Shown piece by piece: positions 1 through 10,000 of a stretch of 30,142 bases of DNA. The notes under the pieces were generated by a model. It was not told the origin of the DNA. It saw only the letters and a program-made list of their open reading frames with translations, and did no database searches. Source of the DNA: Pseudomonadota bacterium (GTDB taxonomy: Bacteria; Desulfobacterota; Desulfobacteria; Desulfobacterales; RPRI01); assembly GCA_043825875.1 (NCBI GenBank), contig JBDRRF010000021.1:1-30142 (forward strand), in the 5' to 3' direction. Position 1 is the stretch's first letter. Each line of letters begins with the position of its first letter. Made by a program: the position numbers and the translations under genes.

Positions 1-4
1 TAGC

Positions 5-150
5 AGGAGCCTGTTTCAAAACGCCCCATTTTGGCCGATCTCTGCGTTGGGCTCAAATTTCAATCCTCGAAATACTAAATGTATTCCTGTGGTTGAAATT
101 TTCTCCCGCCTTGAGCTTGACCAAACTGAAACGTTTTGAAAGTGGCTCCT
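5..150. repeat. ~145-bp palindromic dispersed repeat (MITE/REPIN-like), left copy
   Basis: Terminal inverted repeats AGGAGCCtgTTTCAAAACG (5-23) and CGTTTTGAAAgtGGCTCCT (132-150). Inner stems AAATTTCAATC (55-65)/GGTTGAAATTT (91-101) and AATAC/GTATT (71-85). Positions 7-146 match 30003-30142 with one mismatch. Confidence 0.9.
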
Positions 151-185
151 TATAGTAAAGCATATTTTTCAGCGATTAAATTATA

Positions 186-201
186 TGCATAATTGATGCC
201 T
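186..201 (-). promoter_or_regulatory. possible sigma54 promoter firing leftward
   Basis: Minus strand AGGCAT-CAATT-ATGCA has GG-N10-GC spacing but is an imperfect match to TGGCAC-N5-TTGCA. Confidence 0.4.
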
Positions 202-264
202 TAACTAAAAGTTTTATATAACAAATTTTATAAAATTAAAAGTAAATATTTAATTATTATGAAT

Positions 265-280
265 TGGTATAATTGTTGCT
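265..280 (+). promoter_or_regulatory. sigma54 (-24/-12) promoter of the diguanylate cyclase gene
   Basis: TGGTAT-AATTG-TTGCT about 60 bp upstream of the ATG at 340. Confidence 0.6.
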
Positions 281-339
281 GCAATAATTGAAAATCTTGA
301 ATCTTTATAAAACGTCAAAGGAGTTAAAAAGAAACCGAA

Positions 340-1836
340 ATGGCGGAAAAAATATTTATTATCAGCAATAGCGATACTGATGTTAATCTCATTAGCAAAA
401 GTATTAATTTTATAGAATCTGATATTGTAATATTTACACCCTCTTGTGATATGGAAGAATTGATTTTCTCCGGAGATTTTGCAGCCATACTCGCAGACTA
501 TGATTTTGTTGGAGACAGAGTTTTAGGCTGGATAGATATGCTCCAGAAAAATAAGTCCACGTCATGCCTGATTCTTTACGGCGAAAAAAGCAGCGCTGAA
601 AATATTGCAGAAATACTTCGAAAAGGAGCTTATGGATTTATACCACATTCGCTGCTTGCAGATCGAATCCATGACACACTTATAGACGGGCTGGAAAATC
701 GCAGGGCTTTTGCTGAAATATTGGAGATTATTGATGAACAAAAAACTGCAAATGAACGGCTTCAACAGGAAAAAATTGCCTTAAGAAATAAAAACAGGGA
801 GCTCAATTTTATTAATCGCTTCAGCTGTGAGGTCGCCTATGATTTGAATTGGGAACATATTCTCCCTAAAATGATCAATGCAGGATTCTTAAATATAATT
901 GATGCCAAATTTATATCAGTGCTTTATAGGATCGGCAATGATTGGAATTTTTCCTGTTATTTGCCTGATGGATGGTGTGATAAAAGTACTACAGATAAAA
1001 TCAAAAATGATATTTGCGATAAATTTGTTTCAATTTCCGGAGAAAAAATAGACAGCAAAGAGGTTTCAATTTCTGTATACCCATCAGAGTCCAAAACATC
1101 ATCCAATATCCCGATATTATCTTCTGATCAATTGGTTCTGCCTTTAATACTTGGAAAACATCAGTTGGGAGTACTAACTATTCTCCCAAACAGCAGTAAA
1201 TCATCTATTAATAAAAACAGTGAAATACTGTCGACCATTTTAAATATCATGGCCATGTCCTTAAATAATGTACAAGAATATGAAAGAGTTAAAAAAATGA
1301 CTGTCAGGGATGGTCTGACCGGGGTTTATAACCAGAAGGGTTTTAAGGAATTTATTGAAAATGAATTTCAAAAGGCAAAAAGATATAAAAGACCGCTTTC
1401 TTTGATTATGATTGATGTAGATAATTTTAAAATTATAAATGACACTTTAGGCCATTTGGCCGGAGATGATGTTCTGATAGAACTGGCAAACCGCTTAAAA
1501 ATATCTTTAAGAAATACCGATATTTTAGCTAGATATGGTGGAGATGAGTTTGCAATAATTCTACCGGACACAAAAAGGGAAGAAGCCGAAATACTTATAG
1601 AAAGAATTCTGACTCATGTTAGAAATGATTTTGTTGAGTGTAATTGTGAAAAGATCTTAGTAGATGTAAGTCATGGCATTGCTACGATCGATGAGCTCGA
1701 GCCTATGGATAATGCTCAGGATTTAATCGCAGTCGCAGATTCAAAGCTTTACAATGCAAAGCGGCGTTTACACGAATATTCATCCATTACACTAAATGAA
1801 AGCGTTCCTTGTTTTGGAGATTCTTTAGCTTCCTGA
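340..1836 (+). CDS. diguanylate cyclase (degenerate receiver, coiled coil, GAF-like region, GGDEF)
   Basis: DGLTGVYN, IDVDNFKIINDTLGHLAGD and RYGGDEF active-site motifs; RxxD I-site (RNTD); REC-like N-terminus (ILADYD, GAYGFI); AAGGAG upstream. Confidence 0.92.
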   Translation: MAEKIFIISNSDTDVNLISKSINFIESDIVIFTPSCDMEELIFSGDFAAILADYDFVGDRVLGWIDMLQKNKSTSCLILYGEKSSAENIAEILRKGAYGFIPHSLLADRIHDTLIDGLENRRAFAEILEIIDEQKTANERLQQEKIALRNKNRELNFINRFSCEVAYDLNWEHILPKMINAGFLNIIDAKFISVLYRIGNDWNFSCYLPDGWCDKSTTDKIKNDICDKFVSISGEKIDSKEVSISVYPSESKTSSNIPILSSDQLVLPLILGKHQLGVLTILPNSSKSSINKNSEILSTILNIMAMSLNNVQEYERVKKMTVRDGLTGVYNQKGFKEFIENEFQKAKRYKRPLSLIMIDVDNFKIINDTLGHLAGDDVLIELANRLKISLRNTDILARYGGDEFAIILPDTKREEAEILIERILTHVRNDFVECNCEKILVDVSHGIATIDELEPMDNAQDLIAVADSKLYNAKRRLHEYSSITLNESVPCFGDSLAS

Positions 1837-1998
1837 TATCCTGCCAAGCTTTAATAGTACTATATTTTTATCAGGCTTGAAGGATTTTCTCTGTTGAATC
1901 GGCTCTGTTATCATGCAAAGCATGAATTTATCGGGAAGGATATTAAGCATAACTTACACATAAAAAGTTAAATAATTACTTACCAAAGGAAAAAGCAA

Positions 1999-3348
1999 TT
2001 GAAAAAGCAACTTATTTTTTCCGGCAATTACTTTGTCGGCAAAGAAAAAGATATAATTTTGGAAGCCTGCCTGGGCTCATGTGTGGGAGTGACTATCTGG
2101 GATAAAGAAGCAAAAGTAGGCGGGTTGATTCACCTGCTATTGCCGGAATGGACAGGGTATGGCGAAATCCTAAAGCCAGCGCTTTATGCAAAAACAGGGC
2201 TGCCTCTTTTTATTAATGCTTTGATCGAGGCGGGAGCCGATAAAAGCCGCATGAAAGCATATGTTGCCGGAGGTGCTTTGATCGGACCGATATCTCAATT
2301 GGATATGGATCTTAATATCGGCGGCAGAACTGCTGATATTGTCCAGAAAATTCTGACTGATGAGTCTATAGAAGTCTGCCAGGCTGAAACCGGTGGATTT
2401 TTTGGATATCGTTTAAATATTGATTTAAGATCATTTAAAAGCTCCATCAATCTTATAGTTGATATGCCATCACATGAAGATAATGATTTCAAAAAACCTG
2501 TACCGGCTGATATTATCCAGTCAATTAATGTGGTTCGGCCGATTCCTCAAATCATTCTTAAGGTAGTACAGATGATAAACGACGGCAATTATAATATTAA
2601 TGAGGTTGCTAAAGATATTAAAAAAGAGCAGGTTATTAGTGCTGCAATTTTAAGATTGTGTGCTTCATCTTACCTGGGATTAAAGGAAAAGGTTACATCT
2701 ATCAGCCGTGCATTGGCTCTTTTAGGAGAAAAAAATCTTTTTAAAGTGATTGTTTCAGCTTCTCTGGAGCTGTACTTTTCAGACGCAGCAAAAGGTTACT
2801 CTCTTTGCAAAGGAGGCCTATTCCACCACGCTCTTGGAACAGCAATTATTTCTGAAGAACTGGCAAAGTATACTGGGATTGCCAAGCCAGAGATAGCATA
2901 TACAGCCGGGCTGTTACACGATATCGGAAAGGTTGTTCTAGATCAGTATATTTCATCGGCATATCCTCTTTTCTATCGGCGTACCCAGATAGATATGGCT
3001 GAACTTGATAAGGTGGAAAAAGAACTGACCGGTATTACTCATTCTGAGGCCGGAGCAATCATAGCTGAACGCTGGTCAATAAATGAGTCCCTTATAGACG
3101 TGATAAGACACCATCATCAGCCTGAGCTGGCATCTAAGGCTCCGGAATTGACACACATAGTTTATCTGGCTGATCTACTTATGAGCAAATTCCAGGCAGG
3201 ACAGGAATTAGCCACTCTTGATAAAGGTGATATTTCTTCAAGACTTAATAAAATCGGTTTGGCAACATCAAAGTTTCCCGTTATTGTGAATCTTATTCCA
3301 CAAAGTATATTGGAAGGAACAATAAATCTTCCCGCCTTTTCTCAATAA
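1999..3348 (+). CDS. cheD: CheD chemoreceptor deamidase fused to an HDOD domain
   Basis: N-terminal LGSCVGV...GGLIHLLLP...YA...VAGGA...ETGG is CheD with catalytic Cys/His. C-terminal P.IPQIILKV...SAAILRLC...AYTAGLLHDIGK...HSEAGA...W...IRHHH is HDOD. TTG start with AAGGA upstream. Confidence 0.88.
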   Translation: MKKQLIFSGNYFVGKEKDIILEACLGSCVGVTIWDKEAKVGGLIHLLLPEWTGYGEILKPALYAKTGLPLFINALIEAGADKSRMKAYVAGGALIGPISQLDMDLNIGGRTADIVQKILTDESIEVCQAETGGFFGYRLNIDLRSFKSSINLIVDMPSHEDNDFKKPVPADIIQSINVVRPIPQIILKVVQMINDGNYNINEVAKDIKKEQVISAAILRLCASSYLGLKEKVTSISRALALLGEKNLFKVIVSASLELYFSDAAKGYSLCKGGLFHHALGTAIISEELAKYTGIAKPEIAYTAGLLHDIGKVVLDQYISSAYPLFYRRTQIDMAELDKVEKELTGITHSEAGAIIAERWSINESLIDVIRHHHQPELASKAPELTHIVYLADLLMSKFQAGQELATLDKGDISSRLNKIGLATSKFPVIVNLIPQSILEGTINLPAFSQ

Positions 3349-3405
3349 CTATTTTTGCTTAATCTGTTTGATAAATAATGGAGTGTTGCAAAGCTGATTA
3401 TCTGG

Positions 3406-4977
3406 CTAAATGCCTATAGATTTATGTAATTCCCCGGAAACTGGCAGGTAATACTCATTATCTTTTAATCTTTCATTTACTTCAGCTGATAAAGACTGGA
3501 AATCGTCTTGCTTGTGGCTTTCTATAAAAGCATCAACTACTTTTGGGTCAAATTGGGTGCCCGAATTTTCTATAATAATATTTAATGCAACAGCATCATC
3601 CATTTTTTTCCGGTAAGAACGATCAGATGTCAATGCATCATAGACATCTGCCACCGACAGAATGCGCGAAAGAAACGGAATGTCCTCCCCCTTTAAGCCA
3701 TCAGGATATCCTTTCCCGTCAAACCGTTCGTGGTGGTGGTGAATTATTTTGCATTCATCAAGCCACATACCCAGATGTCCTATAATATTGCTGCCAAGAA
3801 CAGGGTGCTTTTTTATTATATCATATTCTTCATCTGATAACTTTCCGGGTTTTAAAAGAATACTATCCGCAGTTCCTATTTTGCCTATATCGTGTAACAG
3901 GCCGCATATGTTTAGTTTATCTATATCATCTTGTGAAAATCCTGCTGTATTGCCTATGGATTTTGCATATAAAGACACCCTGTGTGAGTGTTCTTTTGTA
4001 TAAGGGTCTTTTGCCTCAATAATTTTTACTAGCGCATAAAGTGTTGAAAAAAGATTTTCAAAGATATTTTCGTAAAGCACCTGATTTTCTACCAGAGAAG
4101 ATGCTTTACTCAAAAGAAAATTCATATAATAAAGGTCTTTTTTTATAAAGTATCGGGCATTATCATTGATAAACAATACAAGAACACCGAATGTATTTGT
4201 TTTAATTTTGAGAGGTGCTGCCATGGTGCTGCTGTATATGTTATTACTTTTGATAATAACCGGCATCCCCTCATCTGCTATTTTTTTGATATTATGCTGT
4301 ACTATCTTTTCGCTGACAGCAGTATAGTTGTTATCAAGCTGCGGGTAAGACGCAAGAATAGTTGGGTCTTTATGATATTTATCAAAGATACAAAAGTATG
4401 CTTCATCACATTTAGTAATTTCACCAGCCAGGTCCACAAGAATGTTTAAAACTCCGCTTGTGCCCGGAGGGTTTTCCAGTTTATGAAGAATAAGATTTAT
4501 TACTTCAACTTCCTTAATTTTCTTCTGTAATTCCATATTGATTTTTAGGATTTTCTGATTTTTTTCATTCGCCTCATTGAGCAGTATTCCGTTAACAAAC
4601 AGTTCCCTTTCTTGCATTATACGCTGGATAGTTTGCTGAATTTTTGACATTTCAAACGGCTTGGTTAAGAAATCCACAACACCGTTCTTTAAGGTATTTA
4701 TTGCATTATCTGCTGTAGGATGGCCGGTTATTACAACTATCGGTATAGTATTATCATGGAGATGGATTCTTTTGGCAAGCTCTATACCATTAATTTCCGG
4801 CATGGAAATATCCAAAAAACAGCAGTCGATTTTTTGCTGTTTAATGGTTTCTAAGGCAATTAGTCCGTTTGTTTCAGTAAATACTTTGTAATTGGTAGTG
4901 GCTTCAAGATATTCCTTAAAAATCTGCAGTATGGACTGTTCGTCATCAACGATCATTATATTCAGGATATCTTTCAT
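3406..4977 (-). CDS. response regulator with HD-GYP c-di-GMP phosphodiesterase domain (REC, GAF-like, HD-GYP)
   Basis: Intact REC (IVDDE, FLDISMP, ITG, LTKPF). HD-GYP motifs EAKDPYTKEHS, LHDIGK, HHHHERFDGKGYP and ADVYDALTSDRSY. Confidence 0.93.
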   Translation of the reverse strand: MKDILNIMIVDDEQSILQIFKEYLEATTNYKVFTETNGLIALETIKQQKIDCCFLDISMPEINGIELAKRIHLHDNTIPIVVITGHPTADNAINTLKNGVVDFLTKPFEMSKIQQTIQRIMQERELFVNGILLNEANEKNQKILKINMELQKKIKEVEVINLILHKLENPPGTSGVLNILVDLAGEITKCDEAYFCIFDKYHKDPTILASYPQLDNNYTAVSEKIVQHNIKKIADEGMPVIIKSNNIYSSTMAAPLKIKTNTFGVLVLFINDNARYFIKKDLYYMNFLLSKASSLVENQVLYENIFENLFSTLYALVKIIEAKDPYTKEHSHRVSLYAKSIGNTAGFSQDDIDKLNICGLLHDIGKIGTADSILLKPGKLSDEEYDIIKKHPVLGSNIIGHLGMWLDECKIIHHHHERFDGKGYPDGLKGEDIPFLSRILSVADVYDALTSDRSYRKKMDDAVALNIIIENSGTQFDPKVVDAFIESHKQDDFQSLSAEVNERLKDNEYYLPVSGELHKSIGI

Positions 4978-4992
4978 AGACGGCTCTTTTTA

Positions 4993-5700
4993 CTATTCAT
5001 TTCTTAAAACGTTTAAATAATGATTTTTGAAAGTTTTGAATTCACTTTCCGTCAGCAAGCCCTTGTCCATAAGGGATGACAGTGCTTGCAATTTGTCTGT
5101 ATAGTTATCAGGCACGGAATCATTATATATATAATGAAGACCGGCCATGCCGGATGAGAAAAAATTTAAACTCTTTATCTTTTCAGATTTACAACTTTGG
5201 TTATTTAGAACCATTAATTCCTGGTAAACTTCTTTTAATTTTTTTTCCAACTCTTTATTTTGTCTGTTTTGTTTTATTTTATCTATAGCTCTGTTTATAA
5301 CTATTTTTATTTCTCCCATTTTACATGGCTTCATTATATAATCATAGGCTCCTTCTCTTACAGCAGCTATCGCTGTTTCTAAAGAAGCATAGCCAGTAAC
5401 AATAATCACAAGTATATCCGGAATCCTTTTTTTTGCATGCTTTAAAACATCCAACCCGCCCACATTGGGCATGATAAGATCAGTTATAATCAGATCAAAA
5501 GGTTCTTTATTGATCATACCCATAGCTTCGGCTCCATCGTAACATACCGAAACCGATCTTTCCTGCCCATCCATTAAAGCAAGATCCTTTAATATATCTG
5601 CAATTACTTTATCATCATCGACGATCAGAACTTTAAAAGGATTAAACATATCTATTAATTTCGGATCGGGCATAGCCATTATATCATACCTTTTTATCAA
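4993..5700 (-). CDS. response regulator receiver with coiled coil and C-terminal SHOCT-like motif
   Basis: NtrC-type REC (VLIVDDD, IITDLIMP, IVTGY, YIMKP). C-terminal DKLQALSSLMDKGLLTESEFKTFKNHYL resembles the SHOCT pattern. True start may be a downstream ATG. Confidence 0.85.
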   Translation of the reverse strand: MIKRYDIMAMPDPKLIDMFNPFKVLIVDDDKVIADILKDLALMDGQERSVSVCYDGAEAMGMINKEPFDLIITDLIMPNVGGLDVLKHAKKRIPDILVIIVTGYASLETAIAAVREGAYDYIMKPCKMGEIKIVINRAIDKIKQNRQNKELEKKLKEVYQELMVLNNQSCKSEKIKSLNFFSSGMAGLHYIYNDSVPDNYTDKLQALSSLMDKGLLTESEFKTFKNHYLNVLRNE

Positions 5701-6037
5701 GCATCAGACCTATGGTTTCTTCAAGTTTTGCCGCCAGACTAAGCAGTTCTGAAGATGGAATTTCTCTTATAACTTCACCGGTATTATCATTAACAACAGT
5801 TACGATAATTTTGCCCGAAGCTTTATGAAGTGAAAACGATAAATCAATATTTTGAAGGACTTTCATTTTATTTTGCAAACTTGCAAATGCATCACTCGCA
5901 TTTAATGTATTTGCAGGCTTTTTTTCTTCTTCTGATTTACTGTTTTCTTCAACAGGAGTCTGATCCTGTACTGCAACATTTGGCTGTGATAAAGAATCTA
6001 AACTTTTTCCAGATAAAGAAACAGGTTCAACAAACAT
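5684..6037 (-). CDS. flaG: flagellar protein FlaG
   Basis: LSFSLHKASGKIIVTVVNDNTGEVIREIPSSELL...GLMLD signature. ATG at 6037 follows GGAGG (6046-6050), so it is preferred over the GTG at 6046. Confidence 0.9.
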   Translation of the reverse strand: MFVEPVSLSGKSLDSLSQPNVAVQDQTPVEENSKSEEEKKPANTLNASDAFASLQNKMKVLQNIDLSFSLHKASGKIIVTVVNDNTGEVIREIPSSELLSLAAKLEETIGLMLDKKV

Positions 6038-6073
6038 CAGTATCACCTCCTTTACTATTTAAATCATCAGGGC

Positions 6074-6505
6074 TTATCTTTTGTCATCAAGATATCTTGG
6101 TATTTGGTTTCCTTTGTGGCCATACCCTCTACTGGCATACCTGACACTATTCATCTTAAGAAGCTCATCTTTAATGCTTCTGCTTTCCGCCTTAACCATT
6201 AGCATTATATTTGCATCAATAGGTGCAATTTGTTCCAAAAGAATTTTTATGCGCTTGAGATAATTATCGATGATTTCTTTAAATCTATCAGAGCCTTTAT
6301 GAATGGCCTTTTGAACGGATATATCTATTTTTTTAATTTTATTTATACAGTCCAGCCTTTTCATTATAAAAATATTAATATTTTTCTCTGCTTTATGTTT
6401 CAAGGATTCTTCCATTTCCTTTGTGGCAGAAAGGTATTGGGCAGTAAGAGAGATTTTATCTTCAAGGAGTAAGTTAACATTGATCTCTTTATCGGTATTC
6501 TTCAT
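6074..6505 (-). CDS. FliT/FlgN-like helical flagellar export chaperone
   Basis: 143-aa all-helical protein directly downstream of fliS; ends in GYG...RYLD; has an RBS. Family assignment rests mostly on position. Confidence 0.55.
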   Translation of the reverse strand: MKNTDKEINVNLLLEDKISLTAQYLSATKEMEESLKHKAEKNINIFIMKRLDCINKIKKIDISVQKAIHKGSDRFKEIIDNYLKRIKILLEQIAPIDANIMLMVKAESRSIKDELLKMNSVRYASRGYGHKGNQIPRYLDDKR

Positions 6506-6520
6506 TTTTATTACTCCTTA

Positions 6521-6967
6521 TCACATACTCATGAAATTGGAAACCTGCTGTATACTTTCTTCATTAAATTGAGCTGGTTCATGCTGAGTTTTTTTATGTC
6601 TTCCATTGATAATTACTTCCCAGGCCGATAAAAGTTCTGATAGTATTCCTATAACTTCATCAATTCCACCAGGATCCTTGTTTATATCGGATAAAAGAAT
6701 TTTTTGGTTCATGTATTTATACATATCAGATAGGTTTAGTGCAATAGAACCACCTTTTTCCAAGTCAAGCGAGCATAACAATTCGTCAATAATATTCATG
6801 GCCTTTTGCAGAGCCTTACATTTTGCCTCATAATTGTTTTCCAGGTACTTAATTTTAGCAATTTTAAGCTGATCTATTGCTCCTTCATAACACATCAATA
6901 TCAACCTCCCAGGATCTGCTGTGATTACGGTTGTTTTGCGATAAGCTTGAATACCGTTACTGTTCAT
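6521..6967 (-). CDS. fliS: flagellin chaperone FliS
   Basis: AYRKTTVITADPGRLILMCYEGAI...LDLEKGGSIALNLSDMYKYM...LSELLSAW. Confidence 0.95.
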   Translation of the reverse strand: MNSNGIQAYRKTTVITADPGRLILMCYEGAIDQLKIAKIKYLENNYEAKCKALQKAMNIIDELLCSLDLEKGGSIALNLSDMYKYMNQKILLSDINKDPGGIDEVIGILSELLSAWEVIINGRHKKTQHEPAQFNEESIQQVSNFMSM

Positions 6968-7006
6968 TTAAAATCTCCTTTATTTCTTTTTAATTGGGAT
7001 TGCCCC

Positions 7007-10000
7007 TTACACCCAACCGTTATAAGATGCACTTATCTGGCCGGCCAACCAGTCGCTTTGGCTCTGTATCTTGGCAAGAGCTGTTTCCATAGCCACAAAC
7101 CGGTTTATCATCATTTCCATCTTCCGGTTTAAACGATCTTCCATCTGATCAATCTGGATTCCATAACTTTCGATATTGTTCTTTAGTGATTCTTGTTTAT
7201 ATCCAACATAGCCTTCATACTTATCGGTAATATCAAAAAGTTTCCTGTCGAATAGCTCTGCAGCTCCTAATGTCAGTTTTATGTTACCAATTTCGCCGGT
7301 AGTTGTTCCGGTATATCTAATAGCCAGTCCGTCAATATTTGCTTCACCGCTGTCACCTCTTAATATCTGTCCTGTACCGGTTGCCGTTTCACCATTGATT
7401 GTTCCGGCAACATCCACACCATTGTCAACAGTTTGGTCACCACCTGTCCACAACAGGTTGTTTACCTGACTGATTGTAAATGCATTTCCCGTTCCGTAAT
7501 TATTATGAGTAAGGACCATATGATTTCCGGCATCAACTGATGCTGTGATGTCCATAGCATAACGTCCTGCCTGTCCCCCGGTATTGGTAGTAAGCGCTGT
7601 TCCAAAATCAAGATCATGAGCGCTTGTAAAATCAAATGTCAAAGAAACGTTGCTGGCTCCTGAATCACTATCTGTTATCAGGATCTGCCCTGATGAACTG
7701 ATATTAGCAGTAACATTATTTCCAAAAGCTGTTTCTATGGAAGAAAGCAGCTCTTGAACAGAATCGGTTGCAATATCAGAAATAGTATAAGATCCGTTTA
7801 TTTCAACTCCATTGCGGGCTATCCCTGAAAAGGAAATTACATCGCCATTGACCAGATTTGCATAATCGCCTGTTGAATTATAAATACTATCCCATTTTGT
7901 AGTTGGGTTTATTGCAGCTGCCTGACCTGAGTCGGCGTAAAGTTGTTCGGATCCTGAAAGAATCTGAGTATAAACAGTCGTCAATTCGCTGTTTACAGCA
8001 TTAACCATTTGGGGCATGGTCATAGAACTGGTTAGACCTACGACAGCAACACCACTTCCCTCTGTAATAGTAAGAGTTTCATCACCGCTTAAACTTGTGT
8101 TGTCCGATGCATCAGATGTACTTTGTGCTGCAGCAGTATCAATATTAACCTCATAGTCACCGTAATTGGTATCATTAGAATGCTCCAAATATTTTATAGT
8201 GCCTACACTTGCTTCACTGCTTGCAGTAAAAAGCTTCTTCACATCATTAAAATTGCTTTTGAGATAGCCGCTTAGTTTAGCATTGTCTATGTTAAGTTTA
8301 CCGTCATTGTCCACGTTTATGCCAACTAAACCCATCGTGGAATAATCGTATGAAACCCCCCAGATGCTCTGTGTTAAAATTGATGTCAAATCCGATTTTA
8401 CAGATATCAAGGTTCCGTCTCCAAAAAGAATTCCGCCTGTTTCCTGGGTTGTATCATCATAGGAAATTTGCGATTGAATATATGATGAAATACTATTGTA
8501 ACTGGAAACAAAACCGCTGATATTTGATATAATGGCATCGGTATCACGGCTTATATTAAGCGAAACGGTAGTTTCGGCGTCTGCTTTTTGCAAATTGAGA
8601 GTTACACCGGACACGATATCGTCAATCGTATTGTCAGAACGTGTGACCGTTACACCGTCTAATGTAATAGAAGCGTCTGCTCCGGCGACTATTTCACGTT
8701 TACGGGCAGTTGTGTCAAGAATACCATCCGTATCAAATTTAAGAGTATTATCATCGGCACCGCCTGAATCTTTTACTCCTATTGTTATGTCAAGATAGCT
8801 GGCTCCTGATGTGTTATCTACAACCATCAATTCGCCGTCACCATTTATAGATGCTGTTACATCCCCAAAAACCGATTCTATTTTTGTAAGAAGTTCCTCT
8901 ATAGTGGTTGTATCGTTTATGATGAGAGTATCGTCCGTTACGGGATTGTTATTCGTATCCGTACCTTCCAGATGTATGTAATCTGTGTTCAGATATCCTG
9001 TATAGCCGTCAATATCCTTTATGAGAGTATCTGAGGCAATTACAGCTCCCCCGCTTGTGTTTTCGATATCGCCTGTGGCGCCCGACTCATCTGAAACTCC
9101 TCCTTTTATTATGCCCAGCGTTTCAAGAATATTATTCTTATCAGTATATGTATTGGCAGCTCCTTCCACCATCAGTCTGTAATAAGTGTTGTCGTTTTCC
9201 GTTTCGGAAGTAATCGAAGCGGTAAGACCTGCAGCGGCGAATTTAGTTCGCAAACTGCTTAAGGTATCTGTGCTTAGATCTATATCGCCAATAGACATAC
9301 CGTTAATTATGATTTCCCCGGCACTTGAGGTTTGCGTTGTTGACAGGTTAAGAAGAGATTTTATGGAGATGCTGGTACTGCTGAACCCATCCGTCTGGTC
9401 CCCGCCGGTAAGATGATTCTTTGCAGTTCTACTGGCATCTAAAAAGCCCAACCCGTAAAGAATATCAGAAGCTCCGGCATTTTGCAGTCCGATTCCCGAA
9501 GCACCGGTTGTATCACTGGTAAGTATCATCCGGTGGTCGGCTGTTCCATAGCTTATAATGCTGGCTGTAACTCCGGTCGGATTTGAGCCTGAATTTGCAT
9601 TGTTAATTTTATCACTTACATCGGCCAATGTATCTGTCGCTGCAATATTTATAACAGTTCCGTTTATCAGGATATCACCGGAGTAATCAGATCCCAATTC
9701 ATCGGATATTGATGCAAATGACCCTGAAGACAGTTTTTGGGCAGCAGCCAGATTATTGATTTTTAATGAATAGGAGCCTATGGATGCCGTATCGGATGTA
9801 CTAACATTTAAGAGATCCGAAGCTTCAACTGTGGAACTATTCGTTGTCATAGACGCTTTGAATATATTAAAATCATCGGTATCCTTAAGAGTACCAACTG
9901 CTGTCTTCAGGGATAGCAATTTGCTGTTTAAAGACTGCCATTCGGTAAGTTTCGATTCTGTTTCCGTTTTTTTATCGGTAACAAGATCAACACGGGCGTG

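Noticed and set aside
5..150. CRISPR repeat or integron attC site
   Set aside because: No repeat-spacer array, cas gene, integrase or cassette array; only two copies 30 kb apart.
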